Shown here in pieces: positions 53,476 through 64,000 of a stretch of DNA of 64,000 nucleotides (position 1 is the first letter of the stretch; every line of letters starts with the position of its first letter). The notes below the pieces were generated by a model. It searched no databases. It saw nothing but the letters and a program-made list of their open reading frames with translations, and had not been told where the DNA came from. Source of the stretch: Alphaproteobacteria bacterium (GTDB lineage: Bacteria; Pseudomonadota; Alphaproteobacteria; SP197); assembly GCA_965228895.1 (NCBI GenBank), contig OZ245842.1, positions 1,152,001-1,216,000 of the forward strand, in the 5' to 3' direction. Both the position numbers and the translations under genes were made by a program.

Positions 53476-54399
53476 ATGCACCTGACGCCTGACCAGGAAG
53501 CCGAGATCGCCGCCCAGCGCGCCCAGACCCAGCCGACCCTGCGCACGGTCGCGCCTGAGCTTGAGGACATCCTCTATCAGCCGCTCGGCGTGCTGGATCA
53601 TGGATTCGTCCGGGTCGTCGACTATATGGGCGATGACGCAGCGATCGTGCAGGCGGCCAGGGTGTCCTATGGACGCGGCACCAAGTCGGTACGCAACGAC
53701 GCCGGCCTGATCGGCTATCTGATGCGCCATCGCCATTCGACGCCGTTCGAAATGTGCGAGATCAAGTATCACGTCAAGTTGCCGGTCTTTGTTGCGCGCC
53801 AGTGGATTCGCCACCGCACGGCCAACGTGAACGAGTATTCCGCGCGCTACTCGATCCTGGATCGGGAGTTCTATATCCCCGCGCCGGAGCACCTTGCGGC
53901 CCAGTCGGAAAGCAACCGGCAGGGGCGCGGCGATGTTCTGGAGGGCGACGAGGCGGCATGGGTGCTCGATACGCTCAAGCAGGACGCCGCGCAGGCCTAT
54001 GACCACTATGAGGCGATGCTGAATGAAGGCGAGGGCGCCGATCCCGACAAGCAGGGTCTGGCGCGCGAACTGGCGCGCATGAACCTGCCGCTCAATGTTT
54101 ATACGCAGTGGTATTGGAAGGTCGATCTGCACAACCTCTTCCACTTTCTGGCACTGCGCGCCGACCCCCACGCGCAGTACGAAATCCGCGTCTTTGCCGA
54201 GGCGATGATGGAGACCGTCAAACGCTGGGTGCCGCTGGCCTATGACGCGTTTGTCGAAAACCGGCTGAACGGCGCCGCGTTGACGGCAGGGCAGATCGAC
54301 GTGGTGAAACGTCTGCTGAAGGGCGAAACGGTCGACCAGGAGTCCAGTGGACTGAGCAAGCGGGTCTGGAACGAGCTGGCCGACGTGCTGGAACTGTGA
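53476..54399 (+). CDS. thyX: Flavin-dependent thymidylate synthase
   Basis: [46 protein letters not shown]. Confidence 0.97.
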   Translation: MHLTPDQEAEIAAQRAQTQPTLRTVAPELEDILYQPLGVLDHGFVRVVDYMGDDAAIVQAARVSYGRGTKSVRNDAGLIGYLMRHRHSTPFEMCEIKYHVKLPVFVARQWIRHRTANVNEYSARYSILDREFYIPAPEHLAAQSESNRQGRGDVLEGDEAAWVLDTLKQDAAQAYDHYEAMLNEGEGADPDKQGLARELARMNLPLNVYTQWYWKVDLHNLFHFLALRADPHAQYEIRVFAEAMMETVKRWVPLAYDAFVENRLNGAALTAGQIDVVKRLLKGETVDQESSGLSKRVWNELADVLEL

Positions 54400-54400
54400 C

Positions 54401-55483
54401 GTGTTGACGTTCGACCACGGCGGGTTGCGTCGCGCGACGGCCGCGGTGTTCAGCGCCGCCGGTGTCGACGATGATATCGCCCAGGCCGTTGCCGATCTTC
54501 TGGTCAATGCCAATCTGGCGGGTCACGACAGCCACGGCATCCAGATGGCCGGCTATTACCTCGATTGCGTCAAGACCGGTGGCCTGGACCCCGGCCAGCG
54601 GGGCCGCGTCGTCAGCGACAACGGTTCCGTCCTGGCGATTGACGGCGGCAGGGGATTCGGTGCGGTGATCGGCGCCTTTGCCATGGATCAAGGTTTGGCG
54701 CGGGTGGCATCGAACGGGGTCGTCTTGGTCGCACTCAGAAACAGCCATCATTTGGGCCGGATCGGAAGCTGGGCCGAGCGCTGTCTCGACAAAGGTGTCG
54801 TCTCGCTCCACTTCGTCAACGCCCACGGCCACCAGCCGCTGGTTGCGCCGTTTAATGGCCTCAATGCCCGCCTGGGCACGAATCCGTTCTGTGCCGGGCT
54901 GCCGGCGACCGGTCGTTACCCGCCCTTCGTGCTGGACTTCGCGACCAGTCGGATTGCTTTCGGCAAGGTTGGCGTCGCATACGATAAGAAAGAGAAGCTG
55001 GCCGACGGCATGATGATCGACCAACAGGGCCGGACGACCACCGACCCGGCGACCATGATTCCAGACTCCACCGGCGGCGCCTTGTTGCCGTTGGGCGAGC
55101 ACAAAGGGTTTGGTTTGGGCCTGCTGTGCGATCTTTTGGGCGGTGCCCTGACCGGTAGCGGCGTCAACCGGCCCGAGCGCCATGGTCAGGAAACGACCAT
55201 CAACGGCATGTTGTCGATCATGATCAATCCGACGGCGTTGGGCGGCTGGGCTCAGATGTCGGACGAGATTGATGCGCTCTACGACTGGGCGCGTTCGTCA
55301 CCGCCCATGCCGGGATCAGATGGTGTTGTTCTGGCCGGCGAGCCCGAACGGCGGAACCGCGCGGAGAGAATCGCCAGCGGCATACCGATCGCCGAGGCCG
55401 CCTGGAACGATCTGGCGGAAGCCGCCGCGGGCGTGGGTATCGCGCGCGACGCTCTCGACCGGCTGGCGGGACGGGCGATATGA
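54401..55483 (+). CDS. Ldh_2 family oxidoreductase (malate/L-lactate/ureidoglycolate dehydrogenase, HcxB-like)
   Basis: GHDSHG, RNSHHLGRIG, GTNP, LDFATS, GEHKGFGL. Confidence 0.9.
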   Translation: MLTFDHGGLRRATAAVFSAAGVDDDIAQAVADLLVNANLAGHDSHGIQMAGYYLDCVKTGGLDPGQRGRVVSDNGSVLAIDGGRGFGAVIGAFAMDQGLARVASNGVVLVALRNSHHLGRIGSWAERCLDKGVVSLHFVNAHGHQPLVAPFNGLNARLGTNPFCAGLPATGRYPPFVLDFATSRIAFGKVGVAYDKKEKLADGMMIDQQGRTTTDPATMIPDSTGGALLPLGEHKGFGLGLLCDLLGGALTGSGVNRPERHGQETTINGMLSIMINPTALGGWAQMSDEIDALYDWARSSPPMPGSDGVVLAGEPERRNRAERIASGIPIAEAAWNDLAEAAAGVGIARDALDRLAGRAI

Positions 55484-55560
55484 TGTCGCCTTACGTCATG
55501 CCGTCGCTTGTTTGCCAAGGCCTCTGACGGCATCAAGTCTGGTGTAGGTTGGAGAGAAAG

Positions 55561-55965
55561 ATGACGCGGCCTCGTCGAAGGATTCTTTGGGTAGCGGTTT
55601 TGGCCTGGGCTTTGGCGCCGGTGCCGGCAGTGGCCGACTTTCAAGTATGCAATGACAGTCTCAAAGACGCGCATGTGGCCGTCGGCTACTACGATAACGA
55701 GAACTATCTGACGCGCGGCTGGTGGGAGGTTCCGTCAAGCGGGTGTCTGGTCATCTATCCCGGTCCGTTGAAGTGGCCCGTTTACTACGTCTACGCAGTC
55801 TCAACAGAGGACGAGTTCGGCAACTTCGAGGTGTGGTCCGGCGACTTCCCAATGTGCATTCATCGGCCGAATCCCTTCGAAATCACGGGCCGAGCTGGTT
55901 GCGATACCATGTTTTTCGAGGTTGAGATTGGCGAGTCCGAAAACATGACGTTCCGCCTCGAATAG
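55561..55965 (+). CDS. Secreted DUF1036-like protein (paralog 1)
   Basis: Signal peptide; FQVCN, AVGY, RGWW, C, YYVYA, WSG...C. Confidence 0.8.
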   Translation: MTRPRRRILWVAVLAWALAPVPAVADFQVCNDSLKDAHVAVGYYDNENYLTRGWWEVPSSGCLVIYPGPLKWPVYYVYAVSTEDEFGNFEVWSGDFPMCIHRPNPFEITGRAGCDTMFFEVEIGESENMTFRLE

Positions 55966-56177
55966 TCGGTGCGGAACGGTCGGGTGCTGCAGACGCTGGC
56001 GACGTTCGGTTGCACCGGAAGCCGTCGGGCCTTATCGGCCAACTTCCGTGGTTTCGTCACGTTGGCGGCCGCCAGACCGGGGTAATCCGTCTGGCGGATT
56101 GACTGGCTTGGCCATCGGGGTTCACATCGGCCCGATTTGACGATGTGTCAAAAGACGGCAAACGGAGATCGAGAGTT

Positions 56178-56594
56178 ATGCGTTGGTTACGGGCAACGTC
56201 TGCGGTTGCGGCCCTGCTTTTGTGCGTGATTGCCCGTCCCGCCGCGGCCGAGTTCAGTGTCTGCAACGATACGGACACGCGCGCCCATGCGGCCGTCGGT
56301 TTCTGGGACAACACCGCCTATGTGACGCAAGGCTGGTACACCGTTGACCCCAATAGCTGTCTCGTTGTCTTCGACGGACCGTTGCAGTGGCAGTGGTACT
56401 ACGTCTATGCCGAGTCCGACCTGGACCCTGAGGGTTACTTTACCGCCTGGGTTGGCTCGACCATGCTTTGTGTGGACCCGGTGCCCAGCAACTTCCGGAT
56501 TTCCGGTGAGGCCGACACCTGCAACACCGCGTTCCACGAGATCAACACGAAGACGTCGGTCAACTGGACCCACAGGCTGGCCGTGACGCCCTGA
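56178..56594 (+). CDS. Secreted DUF1036-like protein (paralog 2)
   Basis: Signal peptide; FSVCN, AVGF, QGWY, C, YYVYA, WVG...C. Confidence 0.8.
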   Translation: MRWLRATSAVAALLLCVIARPAAAEFSVCNDTDTRAHAAVGFWDNTAYVTQGWYTVDPNSCLVVFDGPLQWQWYYVYAESDLDPEGYFTAWVGSTMLCVDPVPSNFRISGEADTCNTAFHEINTKTSVNWTHRLAVTP

Positions 56595-56604
56595 GGGCCA
56601 GGAC

Positions 56605-57717
<1,113 letters not shown>

Positions 57718-57802
57718 GCTGTGTCCTCTGGTGAAAGTCGAAATTCATGGGCATTCGCAGCACGGCTACGTTTGCGGCCGGCTGCGCATCTGTCATATAA
57801 CG

Positions 57803-57830
57803 CTTGATCTCAGCGCAACAACCCACACTT
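57803..57830 (+). promoter_or_regulatory. Possible RpoH (sigma32)-type promoter of hflKC
   Basis: CTTGAT-N13-CCCACACT upstream of a protein quality-control operon; weak match. Confidence 0.3.
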
Positions 57831-57882
57831 AAGCCCTTAACAAGTGTCCGCGCGTGGACAGGGACCGGGAGAGGCAGAACGC

Positions 57883-58998
57883 ATGCCATGGAATAATCAA
57901 GGCGGCGGCGGGGGCTGGCAAGGCCCCGGCGGCGACAACGGTGGAGGACCATGGGGCCGAGGGCCCAGCCGCGGTGGCGGTGGTGGCGGCGGCGGTCAGC
58001 CGCCGGATCTGGAAGACCTGATTCGCAAGGTCCAGGACAAGGGCAAGGGCCTGCTGCCCGGCGGTTTCGGCGGCGGGCGTGGTATTCTGTTGATAGTCGT
58101 TGTTCTGGTTGTCGTTTGGCTGCTGTCAGGCTTTTACCGGGTCTTGCCCGATGAGCAGGGCGTCGAGTTGGTCTTCGGCAAGTGGGAAGCGACCACGCAG
58201 CCGGGCCTGAACTACAACTGGCCGACACCGATTGGTGAGGTCTTCACGCCGAAGGTCACCCGTATCGAGCGAACCGAGGTCGGCTTCAGGGGCGACACCA
58301 ATCGCGATCAGCCGGATGAAAGTTTGATGCTGACCGGTGACGAGAACATCATCGATGTCCAGTTCACCGTCTTCTGGCGCATCAATGACGCCGGCCAATA
58401 TCTGTTTAACGTGCGTGACCCACGCACCATTGTGAAGGACGTGGCCGAAAGCGCCATGCGTCAGGTGATCGGCCAGACGGCGTTGGCGTCTGCCCTTGCC
58501 GAGGGTCGTGGACGGGTCGAAGAGGAGACGCTGGCGCTGATCCAGCAGATTCTTGACGAATACGGTGCCGGTGTCGAAATCCGACAGGTCGAACTGCAGA
58601 AGGTCGACCCGCCAGGCGCGGTGATCGACGCGTTCCGCGACGTCCAGGCGGCACGCGCCGACCAGGAGCGTTTCATCAACGAGGCCCAGGCCTATCAGAA
58701 CTCGATCGTCCCGGTCGCCCGCGGTGAATCTCAGAAGATCATCCAGGAGGCCGAAGCCTATAAGCAGGAGGTCATCAACAACGCTGAAGGTGCGGCAAGC
58801 CGCTTTTTGGCCGTCTACACCGAATACAAGGACTCCGAAGATGTCACCCAGCGGCGGATCTATCTGGAGACCATGGAAGAAATCCTGCGCAGCATGAACA
58901 AGATGATCATCGACGATGGCGCCGTCGGCAGCCAGGGCGTCGTGCCCTATCTGCCACTTGATCAGCTCAGACGCAGCGATAGCGCGGGAGGCCAGTGA
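57883..58998 (+). CDS. hflK: FtsH modulator HflK
   Basis: MPWNNQ Gly-rich N-terminus, PPDLED, TM, MLTGDENI, AFRDVQAA, RIYLETME. Confidence 0.96.
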   Translation: MPWNNQGGGGGWQGPGGDNGGGPWGRGPSRGGGGGGGGQPPDLEDLIRKVQDKGKGLLPGGFGGGRGILLIVVVLVVVWLLSGFYRVLPDEQGVELVFGKWEATTQPGLNYNWPTPIGEVFTPKVTRIERTEVGFRGDTNRDQPDESLMLTGDENIIDVQFTVFWRINDAGQYLFNVRDPRTIVKDVAESAMRQVIGQTALASALAEGRGRVEEETLALIQQILDEYGAGVEIRQVELQKVDPPGAVIDAFRDVQAARADQERFINEAQAYQNSIVPVARGESQKIIQEAEAYKQEVINNAEGAASRFLAVYTEYKDSEDVTQRRIYLETMEEILRSMNKMIIDDGAVGSQGVVPYLPLDQLRRSDSAGGQ

Positions 58999-59942
58999 TG
59001 AAAAAGAGTCTTATCATCGGCGCCGTCGTGATCGCGGCCGTCCTGATTGTCGGGTCAAGTGCGCTCTTCACCATACAGGAGACAGAGCAGGGCATCGTGC
59101 TGCAGTTCGGTGATCCCAAGCAGGTGGTGACCGAACCCGGCCTGCACTTCAAGGTCCCGTTCATCCAAAATGTCGTGATCTACGACAAGCGGGTTCTGGA
59201 GTTTGAGAATCCGCAGCAGGAGGTCATCGCGTCCGACCAGAAACGTCTGGTGATCGACGCCTTTGCCTTCTATCGCATCACCAATCCGCTGGAGTTCTAC
59301 CAGGCGGTCGGTACGGAAGAGGTGGCGCGGGCACGGCTGTCGAACCTGCTTAACGCCAGCATGCGTCAGTTGATCGGTACCGTGCCTTTGGTCGATGTCA
59401 TCTCCGGCGAACGTGAACGGCTGATGGAGGATATCCGGATCCGTATCAACCGCGAGGCCCAGCAATTTGGCGTCGCCGTGATTGACGTGCGCATCAAGCG
59501 TGCTGATCTGCCGGAAGAAAACAGCCAGGCGATCTACCAGCGCATGCAGACCGAGCGTGAACGTGAGGCCCGCGAGATCCGCGCCCAGGGTGAAGAACAG
59601 TCGCTGAGGATCCGTGCCGAGGCGGACCGGACCCGAACCGTGCTGATCTCCGAGGCCAGGCGCCAGTCGGAGATCCTGCGTGGTGAAGGCGATGGTGAAG
59701 CCGTGCGCATCTTCGCCGATGCCTATGGCCAGGATGTCGATTTCTTCACCTTCTATCGGACCATGCAGGCCTATCGCGAAGCGCTCAACGCCGACGACAC
59801 GACGATCATCATGTCGCCGGACGGCGACTTCCTTCAGTTCCTGAACAACGTGCAGGGCATGGGAGGGGCCGGTTTTTCGCTGGATTCGGTAGGCGAGACG
59901 GTAACCGGGAGTGGTTCATCGGATACTGCGGCGCAGCCATAG
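58995..59942 (+). CDS. hflC: FtsH modulator HflC
   Basis: PGLHFKVPF, DVRIKRADLP, RMQTERERE, FFTFYRTMQAY. Confidence 0.96.
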   Translation: MMKKSLIIGAVVIAAVLIVGSSALFTIQETEQGIVLQFGDPKQVVTEPGLHFKVPFIQNVVIYDKRVLEFENPQQEVIASDQKRLVIDAFAFYRITNPLEFYQAVGTEEVARARLSNLLNASMRQLIGTVPLVDVISGERERLMEDIRIRINREAQQFGVAVIDVRIKRADLPEENSQAIYQRMQTEREREAREIRAQGEEQSLRIRAEADRTRTVLISEARRQSEILRGEGDGEAVRIFADAYGQDVDFFTFYRTMQAYREALNADDTTIIMSPDGDFLQFLNNVQGMGGAGFSLDSVGETVTGSGSSDTAAQP

Positions 59943-60007
59943 GGCGTGCCCGGCCCGCTTGACGCGCCGGACGTGCCATATCGTTGCCACAGGCCGGGTT
60001 TAGGCCG

Positions 60008-60193
60008 ATGACCGAGATCCTGGTGGCGATTGCGATTGCCTTGTTTCTGGAAGGCGCGGCCTATGCTCTGTTTCCCAATGCCATGAAGCGGGCAATGCTG
60101 CACGTCCTGGCCCAGCCCGTGACGACCGTTCGGTTGACTGGACTGGCCGTTGCAGTGGCGGCGGTCACATTGATGTGGCTGGTCAAAGGATGA
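60008..60193 (+). CDS. DUF2065 (YjeT-like) membrane protein
   Basis: LEG..YALFP, RLTG; conserved position after hflC. Confidence 0.85.
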   Translation: MTEILVAIAIALFLEGAAYALFPNAMKRAMLHVLAQPVTTVRLTGLAVAVAAVTLMWLVKG

Positions 60194-60262
60194 TCGGCTA
60201 TCCAGGATGTTCCGGGCCGTAGGATTTTGACGGCCCACGACGTGACAGACGGTGATTTGGGA

Positions 60263-61753
60263 ATGAAAGCTGCAACGATGAAACATGTTGGTCTGTGCCT
60301 GGTGGCGGCCTTTTTTGCCGCCGGTTCGCTGGTCACCGACAGTGACCGGGCGTGGTCGCAGTCGGTACCGGAGAGTTTCGCCGACCTAGCCGAAGAGCTG
60401 ACGCCGGCCGTTGTCTCGATCACGACGGAAGAGTTCGTGACCAGTTTTGGCGGCGACCAGATCCCGGAGTTCCCCGAGGGTTCGCCGTTTGAGGATTTCT
60501 TCAAGGACTTCTTCGAGCGCTACGGCAACGGTGACGGTGAAGGCCCGCAGGAAAGCCGTCCGACTTCGCTAGGTTCCGGTTTCATCATCGACCCCAGCGG
60601 CTACGTGGTGACCAACAACCACGTCATCGCCGAAGCCGATACCATCACCGTGCGTTTGAACGACGACACCGAGTATGAGGCAGAGGTCGTCGGTGTCGAT
60701 CCGAAGACCGATCTCGCGCTTTTGAAGGTCGAGGCCGACGAGGATCTGCCCCACGTCGCGTTCGGCAACTCCGATGAGGTGAGGGTCGGTGAGTGGGTGC
60801 TGGCGATCGGCAACCCGTTCGGATTCGGCAGCTCGGTGACCGCCGGCATCATCTCCGCGCGCCAGCGCGACATCAGCGCCGGTCCTTATGACGAGTTTCT
60901 GCAGACCGACGCGCCGATTAACCGTGGCAATTCCGGTGGCCCACTGTTCGATATGGACGGCAACGTGATCGGCGTGAACACGGCGATCTTCTCGCCGTCA
61001 GGCGGCTCGGTCGGTATCGGCTTCGCGGTTCCCTCCAATCTGGTGACGCGTGTCGTCGCCCAGCTTCAGGAGTTCGGTCGGACCCGGCGCGGTTGGCTGG
61101 GCGTGCGCATTCAATCGATTACCCCCGAGATTGCCGAGGGCCTGGGTCTGAAGTCGTCGGACGGCGCGTTGGTTGCCAGCGTGACGCCTGACGGTCCGGC
61201 AGCCGATGCGGGTCTCGAAAACGGCGATGTCATCATCACCTTCGACGGTAAACCGATCGACGAAATGCGCGAGCTGCCGCGTGTCGTGGCCGAAACCGAA
61301 GTCGGTAAGGCGGTCGAGGTCGTGGTGATGCGTCGCGGTGACGAACTGACATTCGATGTCGAGTTGGGCGAACTCGAGGTGTTCGAAGATCAATTGGCCG
61401 CGACAATGAACGGCAGTCAACCTGAAGAACAGCCTGAGAAGGGCAAGGCCCCGACGGATGTGCTGGGCATGGTCTTAGAGCCGGTCAGCCCGCAACTGAG
61501 GCAAGAGTTTGACCTGCCGAACGATGTCGACGGCGTTGTCGTCACGAACGTGGCGCCCGGCAGCCCGGCGGCGCGCGCCGGCATTCTCCCGGGCGATCTG
61601 ATTCCCGAAGTCGGTCAGGAGCAGGTCGGAACCGTTGACGAAGTGGTGGCGCAGATCGACGGCGCACGGGACCGTGCGCTGAAATCCGTGGTCGTGCGCG
61701 TTCTGCGCAGCGATGAAGACGCTCACTATCTGGCCGTCGATATCGAAGGCTAG
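60263..61753 (+). CDS. DegP/DegQ (HtrA) serine protease with two PDZ domains
   Basis: GSGFII, TNNHV, DLALLK, QTDAPINRGNSGGP, RGWLGV. Confidence 0.95.
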   Translation: MKAATMKHVGLCLVAAFFAAGSLVTDSDRAWSQSVPESFADLAEELTPAVVSITTEEFVTSFGGDQIPEFPEGSPFEDFFKDFFERYGNGDGEGPQESRPTSLGSGFIIDPSGYVVTNNHVIAEADTITVRLNDDTEYEAEVVGVDPKTDLALLKVEADEDLPHVAFGNSDEVRVGEWVLAIGNPFGFGSSVTAGIISARQRDISAGPYDEFLQTDAPINRGNSGGPLFDMDGNVIGVNTAIFSPSGGSVGIGFAVPSNLVTRVVAQLQEFGRTRRGWLGVRIQSITPEIAEGLGLKSSDGALVASVTPDGPAADAGLENGDVIITFDGKPIDEMRELPRVVAETEVGKAVEVVVMRRGDELTFDVELGELEVFEDQLAATMNGSQPEEQPEKGKAPTDVLGMVLEPVSPQLRQEFDLPNDVDGVVVTNVAPGSPAARAGILPGDLIPEVGQEQVGTVDEVVAQIDGARDRALKSVVVRVLRSDEDAHYLAVDIEG

Positions 61754-61811
61754 CCCTTTGGATCGTTCCCCGCTCGCGTGGGCCGGTGACGCCAACTGGA
61801 TCGGGAACGCT

Positions 61812-62696
61812 CTAGGCGTCGAGAAACTCTGACCGACGATAGCCCTGCATGAAAAGCAGGGCGGTGAGGTCGCCGTGGCGTATCGCGGCATCGGCAACGG
61901 TGCTCACCGCCTCCACACCGTGATAGGCGACGCCTAAACCAGCGGCCTCGATCATCGCGATATCGTTGGCGCCGTCGCCCACGGCAAGCGTATCGGCCAT
62001 GTCGATGTCATGCTCTCTGGCCAGTTGACGCAACAGGGTCTCTTTGGCGTTGCGGTCCAGAATCGGTTCCACCATGGAGCCGGTCAGCCGGCCATCTTCG
62101 ATATTCAGTCGATTGGCTTGCTGCACGTCGAAGCCGACGAGGTCGGCAACGCGCTTGGTGAACCAGGTAAAACCACCGGATATCAGAGCGGTCAAAGCTC
62201 CGTGACCGCGCATGGTCGCCAGCAGCGTCGTGGCGCCGGGGGTCAGCGCGACGCTGTCGCGCCAGGCGGATTCAAGGGCCTCGATCGGGGTTCCGGCAAG
62301 CAGCGCGACACGTTCGCGCAACGACTGTGCGAACTCCAGTTCGCCGCGGATGGTGCGCGCGGTAATCGCTGCGATCTGGTCGCCGATGCCAGCCTGGGCT
62401 GCCAGAACGTCGATGCATTCGACTGTGATGATGGTGGAGTCCATGTCGGCGACGAGCAGACGCTTGCGACGGTGACGTGCGGCCTGAATCACCACATCCG
62501 CGGGCACGTCGTTCAGCGACTTTTTCAGTGTCGTCGCCAACGCTTGATAACTGCTGCCGTCAACCAGAAGGTCGACGGCGCGGCCGGGATCAAGCCAGTC
62601 GACACGTGCCTCGACCTGGCGGGCGATGTCGTCAATCGTGGTATCGTCAAGCGCCGGACCACCGGTCCCGGCGATGACGGTTGCAACAAGTGTCAT
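61812..62696 (-). CDS. serB: Phosphoserine phosphatase
   Basis: ADMDSTII..ECID, SLRERVALL, ISGGFT, VGDGAND..MI. Confidence 0.95.
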   Translation of the reverse strand: MTLVATVIAGTGGPALDDTTIDDIARQVEARVDWLDPGRAVDLLVDGSSYQALATTLKKSLNDVPADVVIQAARHRRKRLLVADMDSTIITVECIDVLAAQAGIGDQIAAITARTIRGELEFAQSLRERVALLAGTPIEALESAWRDSVALTPGATTLLATMRGHGALTALISGGFTWFTKRVADLVGFDVQQANRLNIEDGRLTGSMVEPILDRNAKETLLRQLAREHDIDMADTLAVGDGANDIAMIEAAGLGVAYHGVEAVSTVADAAIRHGDLTALLFMQGYRRSEFLDA

Positions 62697-63672
62697 GGCA
62701 GATAGCAGTCCCAACGAACGATCAGGCGAGCCGCTAGTGGTGATAGGCGGTCCGACGGCTTCCGGCAAGTCGCCGCTGGCGCTTGACCTGGCGGAGGCTT
62801 TCGGCGGCGAGATCATCAACGGCGACAGCATGCAGGTCTATGAAGAGTTGCGCCTGTTGACGGCGCGGCCCGGCCCCGATGATGAGGCAAGGGTTCCCCA
62901 TCATCTTTATGGGTTCATGTCCGTTGCCGAGCGTTGTTCGGTCGCGGTTTGGGCCGATGCCGCCCGCCGTGTCGTCCATGACTGTCTGACACGCGGCAGT
63001 GTGCCGGTGATCGTCGGCGGGACGGGCCTCTATCTGGGAACCTTCATTCACGGCCTATCACCCATCCCCGACGTGCCGGCAGCGGTCCGCGCCGATGTGA
63101 TCGAACGTGTCCGTGACCTTTCGGCTGAAGGATTTCACGAACTCGCCGAGACTGTCGATCCGGAGCTCGCGCGGCGGATTCCGGTCGGTGACACACAGCG
63201 CCTGATCCGCCTGCTCGAGGTTCAAGAGGCCACGGGTGAGCCGCTTTCGGCCTGGCAGCAGCAACCGCGCCAAAACGCGTGGCCCGGTCCGGTGCTCTAT
63301 CTGGTTGTGCGCCCGGATCGTGACGTCCTCTACCAGGCTTGCAACGACCGGTTCGAGTCGATGATAGAGGCGGGTGTCCTGGATGAGGTTGCCAATCTGA
63401 CCAAACTCGGCCTGCCCGACGATCTGCCGGCCATGCGCGCGCTCGGTGTGCCGCCCTTGATGGCGCATTTAAGAGGCGAAATGCCTCTGGATGACGCGAT
63501 CCAGGCCGCAAAGACGGTGACCCGGCGCTATGCCAAGCGCCAGCTAACGTGGTTCCGCCACCAGGCTGGCGAGGCCATTGCCTTGGACGATTCCGACCCC
63601 GCGCAGCGTCTGGCGTGCGCCCGCGCACATATGTCCGGGTTTCTGTTGACCGCCAAAGGGCCAAAAGCGTAG
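62695..63672 (+). CDS. miaA: tRNA dimethylallyltransferase
   Basis: GPTASGKS, DSMQVY, PHHLYG, VGGTGLY, RRYAKRQLTWFR. Confidence 0.96.
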   Translation: MADSSPNERSGEPLVVIGGPTASGKSPLALDLAEAFGGEIINGDSMQVYEELRLLTARPGPDDEARVPHHLYGFMSVAERCSVAVWADAARRVVHDCLTRGSVPVIVGGTGLYLGTFIHGLSPIPDVPAAVRADVIERVRDLSAEGFHELAETVDPELARRIPVGDTQRLIRLLEVQEATGEPLSAWQQQPRQNAWPGPVLYLVVRPDRDVLYQACNDRFESMIEAGVLDEVANLTKLGLPDDLPAMRALGVPPLMAHLRGEMPLDDAIQAAKTVTRRYAKRQLTWFRHQAGEAIALDDSDPAQRLACARAHMSGFLLTAKGPKA

Positions 63673-63675
63673 TTT
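63646..63675 (+). promoter_or_regulatory. Putative sigma70 promoter for the ilv operon, overlapping the miaA 3' end
   Basis: TTGACC-N18-TAGTTT. Confidence 0.45.
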
Positions 63676-63810
63676 CCGGCCCTTGTTGCGGCGTGCGAGC
63701 CGATCGCGCGTTGCTGTTTTGTGCCCTGATGGGTGGTGATGACATCGTGACAACACCGCTTCTGGCACTGACTTCGCGGGCACGTGCCCGCCTAACCGGA
63801 GGATGAGACC

Positions 63811-64000
63811 GTGGCCAAGGACCGTATGACCGGCTCCGAAATGATCGTCAAAGCCCTGCTGGATCAAGGTGCTGACGTCGTATTCGGCTATCCCGGCGGC
63901 GCGGTACTTCCGATCTACGATGCCATCTTCCAGCAGAATCACCTTCGCCACATCCTGGTCCGCCAGGAAGGCGGTGCCGTTCACGCGGCGGAAGGTTATG
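63811..64000 (+). CDS. ilvI: Acetolactate synthase large subunit (5' part, runs off the window)
   Basis: Not in the ORF track; GGAGG RBS, GTG start; MTGSEMIVKAL..QG..VVFGYPGGAVLPIYDA...VRQEGGAVHAAEGY. Confidence 0.9.
   Translation, partial: MAKDRMTGSEMIVKALLDQGADVVFGYPGGAVLPIYDAIFQQNHLRHILVRQEGGAVHAAEGY

Noticed and set aside
57829-57841. TTAA-GCCC-TTAAC as a CtrA site
   Set aside because: Spacer is 4 nt rather than the required 7.
63676-63810. Leader-peptide attenuator upstream of ilvI
   Set aside because: No short ORF clearly enriched in Ile/Val/Leu with a terminator/antiterminator pair.

Overview
GC-rich alphaproteobacterial chromosome segment (Rhodospirillales/Hyphomicrobiales-like gene order; two-piece permuted tmRNA, alpha-type SspB). 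It is mostly core genome: EF-G-like gene, amidase, rnpB, a complete dcw cluster (mraZ-rsmH-ftsL-ftsI-murE-murF-mraY-murD-ftsW-murG-murC-murB-ddl-ftsQ-ftsA-ftsZ-lpxC), bamD-recN-ligA, pepP, prmA, uvrD, ClC, AsmA, Fe3+ ABC genes, fumC, sspB-ssrA-thyX, mrp, hflKC-degQ, serB/miaA and the start of an acetolactate synthase gene. I saw no mobile element, prophage or CRISPR array. The standout anomaly is inside the dcw operon: murD has no stop at its normal end and runs in frame into a 155-aa Lys/Arg/Ala/Pro repeat resembling histone H1-like proteins. This repeat has its own RBS+ATG and its stop overlaps the ftsW start. Other items of note are a LexA-like box and an NrdR-like box upstream of the dcw promoter, a UPF0149-like N-terminal extension on PepP, divergent serB/miaA starts sharing one CATG, and a candidate 3'-UTR sRNA after lpxC. 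All product calls come from motif recognition and gene order, not from database searches.
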